From NCBI RefSeq assembly GCF_001194135.2, contig NC_068983.1:60638386-60702385 (forward strand): a DNA stretch of 64,000 nt, read 5' to 3'. Origin of the DNA: Octopus bimaculoides (taxonomy: Eukaryota). The notes under the pieces were generated by a model that was not told the DNA's origin, did not search any database, and saw nothing but the letters and a program-made list of their open reading frames with translations. Below, piece after piece: positions 51,301-61,962 of this stretch (within the stretch, counting starts at the first letter, position 1; every line of letters starts with the position of its first letter). The translations under genes and the position numbers were made by a program.

Positions 51301-54300
51301 CATATATATATAATATAATAATCTTTATTGACTTACCATTATAGAACAAGAAAGGAATCTCTAATGGTTCGATCTTTTCTTTAATGTTCTGTGCAGAGAC
51401 TGTGCAGGATAAAACATACTCAAAACCATCTTTTCCTGGTGTATTTTCTTGTAAGGTAATTTTCTAGAAAATTAAATGATACCATTTAGTACCAGAAGTT
51501 CAGGACAATGAAATAAGTCAAATATAATTTCTTAGATGAAAAAGATATCGAATAACCAAGACTAAAATCATGAGTATTTGTTATGACAAGAGAGAAAGTT
51601 AACCCTTTAGCATTCAGATTTCTCTGTCAAATGTAACGTTTGTTTATTCATATTGATTTGAACTTGTCATGCTTTACCTTGTGGCTTATGATGCGTTTAT
51701 TTCATCATCATTGTTTAATGTTCGCTTTCCATGCTGGCATGGGTTGGATGGTTTGATTGAGGACTGGCAAGCCAGGAAGCTGCACCAAGCTCCAATCTGA
51801 TCTGGCAAGGTTTCTACAGCTCCACTGTCTGTTCTGGGTGGATGGCCTTCCTAAAACCAACCATTTAACACACTGTACTGGGTGTTTTTTTTAGATGGCA
51901 CCAGCACCAGTGGGGTCACCAAGTACCCACAAGATCCCTAATCTGAGTTGGGTATAGACTGGAGAAAGAAACTATTATAGAGGGAGACGAGCAGGTGTCA
52001 TGCTGAAGAGGTGGGTGAATACATGGTTTGCCTACTAGGAAAGTGAGAAAGAAAGCAAAAAAGTGGTACATTTGTGTGAATCCATTGAAGAATTTTCTCT
52101 CTCTTTCTGGCAATGTCATGTTTTGTTTTTGCTGTTTCAACTCTTGCCAATAGACACTGGCAGATGGTTCTTTATTTTTGTTATGACAAATGAGACAATT
52201 TGAGAGGTGAGGCCCCTACTGAAGATACTAATTTTATTGTCTAGTACCTGTTGCTAGGTCTGAAATTAGTAGAACAGATCTGTTGTATAACCTACGAGGA
52301 CGAAATACTGAAGGACAACCTCAGGATGCTGAACCTTTCAGATAAAATGACATAGGACCAAGATATCTGGTACCTTGCTGTACCCAAGAAGACCTGTCCA
52401 GCATGAGCCCTGTGTTGGTGCCACGTAAAAGTGCTTGTGCTGTGGCACATTAAAAGCACCTATCGCACACTGTAAAGTGGTTGGTGTTAGGAAGGGCATC
52501 CAGCTGTAGAAACCTTGCTGGATCAGACTGGAATCTGGTGTAGCTCACCAGCTCCAGTGAAACCATCCAACCCATGCCAGCATGGAAAACGGACATCAAA
52601 GGATGATGATGATGATGATGAATGTTATTCTGAAATTTAGAATCAAAACAGGTCCTTATTTTAAAGATTATAATTTATTGTACTGAGCAGGTGAAACAAA
52701 GACTTAGAAGTTCTCCTGGTTTGTCAAGCTGAATTAGATTTTGAAAAACATTTCTGATTGAAGACTGTACCTGTAAAAGGGCTCGCCCTTTGAGTAATGG
52801 AACCAAAAGCTGTTTTGAAGGCCCTACAAAAGCAGGTATTTCATCCACCTCATCTAGGGCTTTAACAACTATTTTGACCGACCCATCAAATTTTGGCTCT
52901 ACTGGATTATCAAACTGGTCCTAAAAAGATATCAAAATAATGTCAATAAATAACTTGGGATAATTAAGAAAATAAAACAAACTTTGAAGATAAAAAAATT
53001 TACTTACCCTGAGCTCAAGAAGAAGAGATTCAATTAGGCAACGACTGGTATTATTCTTGGAATTGCTCACTGTGGGAGTCCCTAGTGTCTCTAATGGCAC
53101 TAACTTGGTTGGCACACTGGGGAGCACAGTAAGTGAGATCTAGGAGAAAAATGGTTACAATGATATTATTAACTTCTTTATATGGAGATGCAACACAACC
53201 ATTACATACAATGGTCATTCCATGCATCCACACTTTACAAAAAGATAAAATCTGTTGGAATGTGCTTTTTATCTAAAAAAAACAAAACAAACAAAAGCTA
53301 AAACAAACAAAAAACCCACAAATAAAACAAACCATCTTTCACTTATTTAGAAAGAAATTACTGACAATAAACTATGTTAATCAAATATTTGAAAGTTGAG
53401 ACATGACATAAATACCAAGAAATATTGAATTTCAAATTTTGGCACAAGGCCAACAATTGTGGGGGAGGGGATAAGTTGATTACATCGACCCCCAGTACTC
53501 AACTGGTACTTATTTTATCCACCTCAACAGGATGAAAGCAAAGTCAACCTTGCTGGAGTTTGAACTCAGAAAGTAAAGATGGACAAAATGCTGCTGAGTA
53601 TTTCGCCCAGTGTTCAAAAAACCCCTAAATTACAAAGAAATATTAAAATAACATTCCCAAAATATGCATGCATGTTTGTGTATCACATTTAATTTGAGCA
53701 GACGAGATAAATGTATAAATGATTGGTGTGGTTTGAACAAGTTTACTTAACGGGAAACAGCAATCATTTGCTAAATCCACACACAACTTTAACCCTTTCG
53801 TTACTATATTTCTAATTAAAACATAATCCTTATAACTTTCAATTAAATTCTAAAATAATCACGAATTTAGACTGGTTTCATTAAACAACTGTAACTTCTT
53901 TTTATTTATCGACATATTTGTGTAATTTTTGGAACACAATTGAAGAAAAGGTTCTTAATCAATTCTATTGCACAACTTTTGACTCAAAGTGACTAAGTTT
54001 GTTTCCATAGTGATTTCTTCAAACAAGCTTACATTTGCTTGATTTCTCCATATCTTCTGTTGAAAAGCCCTCAAATTCAGAATCACTGCTTGATAGCATG
54101 AAACTGTTCTCCATTTTAAAAGTTGAAAAAAAAAAAAAATCGCCAAAGAAAAAATGGGGAAAAAAATCTCCCAAAATTTGCAGAGCTCAGATATCATGTC
54201 AAACAATGTTGGATACTGTAACTCGACTATTTACAAGGTGAAATCATGTGTTTTCATGAATGTACTAATGAAATTTATGCTGAAATTCACATTTAAATAT

Positions 54301-55566
54301 CAATGGGTTCGTTTGGCTAGCTTCGGTCAGGTTGGTCATCTAAGCCAAAAACTTTTTCAGACAAGTTGGTAACGAAGGGGTTAAATTGGCTACAAAACCA
54401 CCCCCAAAGACCAGCAGATTTTACTCTAAATAAATAAATAAAAAGAGAAACTCACCACTTCACTATCTACATTATATTTCCCATCATAATATACAAACAT
54501 AATACTGAACTTGCCAGCCAACTCTGGACAGCGTTTGTTGCTGTTAAATATAGGAAAAATAGAAAATAAATAATGTGTATTTTATAGAAGAGATCAAAGT
54601 AGAAGTGAGATTTATGAAATAAGAAACAAATAGGAAATTAAGCGAAATGTTCTTCCATGATGGATTATTGCTACAATGGAATCAATGGAACAACAAGATA
54701 CTAAAATATCGTCATACCTGAAAGTAAAGATTCCTTTCTCATTGTTCACGTTGTCAGGTGCATATGAAATTGCCTGAAAGTAATTTAGTGTGATAACACA
54801 TCAAATAGAAAATCATATAAATGAATTTAACATTTAATCTGCATATGGCTGGTTACGTTCATCTTTTGAAAGTGTACTCTTTTACTTCTTCATTATCATC
54901 ACCATCATTTAGCTTCTGTTTTCCATGTTGGCATGGGTTAAATGGTTTGACTGGAACTGGTAGGCCAGAGAACTGCATCAGGCTCCAGTCTATTTTGGTT
55001 TAGTTTCTATGAATGTATGCCCTTCCTAATGCCAACTACACTCCAGAGTGTACTGGGTGCCTCTAACATGTCCCTGGCATGGGTGCCTTTTATGTGTCAC
55101 CAGCACTGGCCATGACTACGATTCCACTAAGTTTGACATGTCTTCTCAAGCACAGCAAATCACCAACAGTCTCAGTCACTTGCCATCTCCTCCATGAGAC
55201 TCAGCATTCAAAGATCATGCTTCACCACCTCATCCTGGGTCTACTTCTTCCACAAGTTCCCTCCACTGAGATCGGTACTTCTTTATGCAGCTGTTCTCGT
55301 CCATATACATCACATGGCCATACCAGTGCAGTCTTCTCTCTTGCACACTACATCCGATGCCTCTTATATCCATTTTCTCTCTTAAGGCACTAACATTCAG
55401 TCAAATGTGCACACTGACAATGCACACCCGTTAACAACTGTATTAACAAAGGTAAGTAGTTATTTGAAAAGGAAAAACTATACTGCAAGGATTCCTTTTA
55501 GAAATAAGTTCTTAACCCATGTTTATTGAACATAACACCGAAACTTCTACCCCAACACACACATTT

Positions 55567-55609
<43 letters not shown>

Positions 55610-55650
55610 NNNNNNNNNNNNNNNNNNNNNNNNNNNNNNNNNNNNNNNNT

Positions 55651-55695
<45 letters not shown>

Positions 55696-58600
55696 CATAC
55701 ATACACACACACATACACATTTCTTGCTCCCTACATTCTGTAATTATATGTAAAAGTTAAATATTTTGAAAACCATTTCTATGTTATTTACCAGCTGCTG
55801 AAGATTTTATAGACCTTGCTGGTATCATGTAACAAGCACCCAGTCCACCTTGTAAAAAAGTGGTTGGCATTAGGAAGGGCATCCGACTAAAACCATGTCA
55901 AAACAGACCGTGGGACTTAGTGCAGTCCTCTGGCTTGTGAGCTCCTGTCAAACCATCCAACCCATGCCAGTATGGAAGACAGGCGTTAAAAATGATGATG
56001 ATGATGACGACGCTGAAAACCTGAAAAATGGTTGTCTATTTATGTCCCAAATGTTTTACAAATCTGCTTAAGGCAGTTTCAATGAAGAGCTTACAATTTT
56101 CATAGAGAAAATATCAAGGGTTTAATAAGAATTGTTCGATTCAAGTCAGCAAATTTTAACTGAGGTGGGGGCAGGGGACTGTGAAATACATAAAGAAACT
56201 ACTTACTTTGGGAGGTGGTATTGACTGGTGACTAGAATCTGAAGGCCATTGTTTCATTGACAGATGTGAATGCTTTGCCAAAGTTAATGGATTACCATCT
56301 TCAGCCAATACTTTCACTGTGTATACTTTAAGAAATTAGGAAAATAAATATTACAGTCTATTTCATATAAAAAATTGGAAAGTGAAAGGTGTGTGTGTGA
56401 AACAGATTTGATAAAGAAGTCTCAAAGCCTATTTTATCATACTTTTTATTACTAATTTGGTTGTATCTATAAGATCAAAAATATATATTATTCTATATTT
56501 TTATATTTATTATTTGGTTATTAAGTGTGTGAATTACTACTTTTGTATGTTTAATGCCAGCTAGGAGCCTGAAAGAACTTGAACTTGTGCAAATGTATTT
56601 CTTCTGTTTGAAATTACAAAGATCTATTTGGGCAAAATTTTCCAATATTTTTAAGAAATTGATTTAAGTTATAGTTATTAATTTAATACCCTTATAATTA
56701 ACTGTAAAAATATTCACTTAAAACGATTCTAAATAATATGTCACTTTTAAAAATTTTCCAATTACATGAATTTTTTACAATAAGAATTGTCATAGATTAA
56801 TTTTAATCCCTTAGGAATTCCTAAGCTGTGTATGAAATATTTCCATCATCTCTCATCTCTTTGTATTAAGTTCTCATTCCTGCTATTTTAAAAATTTCTG
56901 TGTCCGCATCATGCAAAAAGACTTACCAGGCAACTTTGAGCCAGCTTCTACTGCTATATTACTTTTACAATCCACCTCAAGACGTAAAGGTTTGGTTGGA
57001 TCTGGTCGAATGCTGATCTTAATTCTTGGCCCTGCGATGGTTCTACTCCCTCCAAGCAGAGCTTTCACTGACAATTCATAGACACCCCTGTAAAACAAAA
57101 CAGTTCTCTTTCATAATCAATTTAAAAAAGGCATGATGAAGTTTTTGAATTCAGCAGAATTAATTGTAAATGGAATCCTAAGAAGGAAAAACAAAAACCA
57201 AAATTTGGTCTTACTTTGGCCCATTGACAGAGAAGGTTCCAAAGTCTACTTGTCCTTCATTATCGGTTTTCAATGTAGTAGCAGAAGGCACAATCTGAAA
57301 TTATAAATCAATTTAGTAATTAAATCAATTTATCATGTCTTTTTTTTCTATTATCAATATTCCAGAAGTAAAACAATAGTTTATATGACTGCAATATCAG
57401 ATGAAGGTTTTCTTAATCCACTAGAGGTGGGAAGATTAATAAATAATTTACATTTGACAGATATTTGTCCACATCTTGTTTGTTGTTAACACAACATTTC
57501 AGCTGATATACCCTCCAGCCTTCGTCAAGTGTCGTGGGGAAATTTCAAACCTGGGTTCTCATTCCTAAGGTATTTTTCGATATTATTATTATTATTATTA
57601 TTCAGGTCACTGCCTGGAATTGAACTCGGAATCTTGGGGTTAGTAGCCCGCGCTCTTAACCACTATGCCTTATGCCCATGGGCATTCCAGGCAGTGACCT
57701 GAATAATAATAATAATTACATCGAAAAATACCTTAGGAATGAGAACCCGAGTTTGAAATTTCCCCAAGACACCTGATGAAGGCTGGAGGGTATATCAGCC
57801 GAAACATTGTGTTAAAAACAAATAAGACGAGAACAAATATACGACAAATGTAAATCATGTACATAATTCCTCATCTCTTAAATACAGAACTGAAATCTTG
57901 AAAAGATCAGCATTTTTTCAATACCAATGTCACCTGTTTACTATAACATGTATATAATACTCATGGGTTGTTTCATTTAATGACTAACGGAAATTTTCAA
58001 GAGACTATAATGAATTTACTGGCATTAAATTTCAGTATGCTATACATTATATGTTGAACTTATGTTATACGGAAAAACTTCTATAAATTATTCAATTTGT
58101 ATTATTTTTAAAGAAATGCAATTTATCAAAATGTAATAATTTACTGATAAAAAATACCTTAATTTTTTGATCCTTATTCAAAAGGATTTTTACATCTTTC
58201 TCTTTACATTGGTTGCCCCTGTCATCACACAGCGATACAACTAAATGTTGATTAATTTTTCCACCATCATACACCACAATAGGCTGAAGAAAAAAAAAAT
58301 ATACACACACATATATACAGAGGTTTGGTTTGCTATAGCATGGCTCAGTATTTGTGCTGAATCTTTAAACCCTTCCCACAAAATATAACAACTAAACTGT
58401 CACTCTGCCAACACGATAACATGTACAAGAGAAATACTTACCAACAGCCAATCCAGATATATTTTGTGATACATTTCAGATATATTTCAGTCTTTGATTA
58501 TCTGCATTCCATTTTACGAGCAATTTTCAAGCAAACAAAAACACATTTTTCATAACACCTTAAGCAACATTTATTGTGTAAATAAATGAAACACTGAAAA

Positions 58601-60144
58601 GTGTTTATTATTGAATGTCTTAAAAATTATCAGAATGAGGGAGAAGACAGACCTTCTAATGCAAGCTTATGGAATAGCAAAGGGGGAAATAAGTCATAAG
58701 AAACGTGCACAATTTAGCAGAGAACAAAAAGCTCTCTATGTACTGAGCTGGAAAAGGTTTGCTGAAAGTAGTAGCTTAGTGACATTTGGAGACAGAGTTA
58801 GAATAGCACCAAGAATGGCTGTTCTTGGCCACTCCTATTTCATAATGGTCTCTTTTTTTTTCGTATCAAGGGCAGATAAAACCTTTAAGATGTCTTCCCA
58901 TTTAGCAAATAGATTATATAGAACATACCAAAAGTCTTGGAAGAAAGGAACAATAGAGATCAAAATCAAAATAATAAAACCAACACTAACAAGAAAAAAA
59001 TCTGTTTGAAACACAAATGAATAAGCAACAAAGAAATATGAACAAAGAGGTAAAAAAAAAGACGATAATAAAGATCTGAATTTTTCTGTTCAGAGTATAA
59101 AGTATACATAGCTAATGGTTGGCAAATGCAGAGTTAGAGTTTACTTAGATATTTATTGATCTTAATAGAGTGTAACTTTCACATCACCAGTTGAAGGCAT
59201 AGAGTTTCTTTGTGTTTATAAAAAGACAAAAATCTGTTGCAAAAGAAAGAAAAGGCCTACCTCGTCCAAGTCCCATCCTGGAATAATAAGCTGAGAAGGG
59301 GGCCCTGATACCAACTCAATGCGAATGTAATCCTTGAGTTTCTTCCATTGAAACATCAACTCTTTGGAACCAGTGTGAACATCCTCTAACTGGATGCCTT
59401 TTACACAGAAGGCACATTGCTGAAACAGAATCAGAGGAAACAGTTAGAATTTAAACAGAGCGAACATCATATTCAATCATCATCATCGTTTAATGTCTCT
59501 TCTTCATACTGGCATGGGTTGGATGGCTTGATAGGAACTGGCAAGGTTAGGGGCCACACCAAATTCCATGCTTTAGTTTTGGCTTGGTTTCAACAGCTTG
59601 ATGCCCTTCCTAATGACAACCATTTTGCAGAGTGTATTGGGTGCTTTTTATGAGCCACCAACACCAGTGCTTTTTACGTGGCATAAGTAATTACATTTTA
59701 AATTGTCACAATAATCTTAGGTTAATTCCTAATATTTATATATATGCACCACTGAATATTGTAATCCTTTAACTTCAGATTCATCATCATCATCATCGTT
59801 TAACGTCCGCTTTCCATGCTAGCATTCTTATCTATTCACATTGTTTTGAATTAATCAGGTATTACCATGGAGCTTTGAGATTTTGATGATGTGATAGCCT
59901 AGTTTTAGAGTGACATTGTAGAGCAGGTGCGAGAGGCCAGATCTGGCTAGTTGGAATATAAAATGGGTAGAATATTTGGGTTGGATTAAATGCTAAAAGG
60001 TTAAACAAGTGACAATTTTTTGCAAGTGAAATTCTGAAACAATTCTACAACTTTATCAATCTGTTCCAATTTCCAGGTCATTAAAATATTTGCATCAACA
60101 ATCCAAATATATATTTATCATATTCTAACAAGGACAAATGAATA

Positions 60145-60177
<33 letters not shown>

Positions 60178-61870
60178 TTTAATGCAAATTTAATTGCTAT
60201 AAAAGTTTTCTGTTTGTCATAATTACTTACCTGACCTTTATACTTCTGGATTTTGTCAGTTATTAAGCCATCACCACTAATGTTCAGTTCTTGTAGTTCT
60301 GAAGCTTGGAACTGAAGAGGAGAAAATAAACATTCATTTCATATTTTGAGAGAAGACAAAAAAAAAAAAACTCTTGTGTAAAAACTTTATATATCATCAT
60401 CATTTAACGTCCATTGTACATGCTGGCATGGGTTGGATGGTTTGACCGGAAGGCTGCACCAGGTTTCAGTCTGATTTGGCATGGTTTTCCACAGCTGGAT
60501 GCCCTTCCTAACGCCAACCAATCTGAGAGTGTAACAAGTGCTTTTATGTGCCACCGGTACAGGTACTATTTGTGTGACACCGGTATCTGCCACGACTGCA
60601 ATTTTGCTCGGCTTGATGGGTCTTCTTCTCAAGCATGACATAATGCCAAAGGTCTTGGTCATTGCCTCGTGAGGCCTAACGCTCGAAAAGAACTCAGCCA
60701 CTGCATTTGAGTATTAAAAAAAATTAGTATTAAGGTAATAATCCATTTAACATGTTTTCTATGCTGGTATGGGTTGAATAGTTTGACAGGCTTGTATCCA
60801 TATTTCTTTACCATAGAATTGGATTATCATCATCATCATCATCATCTACATCTAGTCTCCATGCTGGCATGGGCTGGACAGTCTGACATGGAACTGTCCA
60901 GACTCCAGCTGTCTGTTGTGGCATGGTTTCTAGCGCTGGGTGCTTTTTACACACCGTTAAATGGTTGGGATAAGGAAGGACATCCAACCGTAGAAACCAT
61001 GCCACAACAGACAGTTGGAGTCTGGACAGCTTCCTGCTAGCCAGCTCCATGCCTAAAACTATCTTAATTTTATAAAAAATGGTTATTTGGATGCATTTGT
61101 CATCTCTCAAAGGTCTCATTTATGAAAAGTAGCAGACAAAAATGGTTGGGTCACCATCTTTTTCAATGCTAGTAAGAAGGTGGATCATTTGTCATACATC
61201 ATACAACTGCCCACCTTGGATGTTTTTCTGAAACCCAATTAAGGCAAAAGACTTCTCGGATATTCTGGTAGATTAGGAGACAACTAATCTTATATATAAA
61301 CATCAACATGAGGCTTATTATGTAAGGAATTCAAAGACTTGTCATTACACAAACAATATAATGACAATTTAAAGAAAGAAAAATGTGTCAAAGTAAATAT
61401 GACTTTATAAAAATTTTTAAAAAAAAAGGAGAAATGGATTAACTTACATCTATTATTTCATTGCCATTTTTATCTCTGATGCTAACTTGAATTTCACTTT
61501 CCATTTGCTCCTTAATACGTAAACTGCAACTTCCTTTTACCTTGCACTTCATCTGAGAAGGCTCTCCTGCTTTGGCTCTGCACATTGAGAAAGTTAAATC
61601 ATGACAGGAAGCTTAATAGAAAGTAATAAACAGACAAGCAAGAGAAAGAGAGAGAATAAGAAAGAAAGTTCTGCACACACACACACACACACTTATAGAT
61701 ATACATTAATGCAAATGATATATGAGCATATGCATATATACGTACATGTATGTACATACCTACATCTACATGTATATATAGATGCATATCCGGGTACAGG
61801 ACGTCAGAAAATGAACGGGAACATAAAACACAAAAACGGACTTTTTTTTTTTTTTACAGACACCAGAATG

Positions 61871-61962
<92 letters not shown>

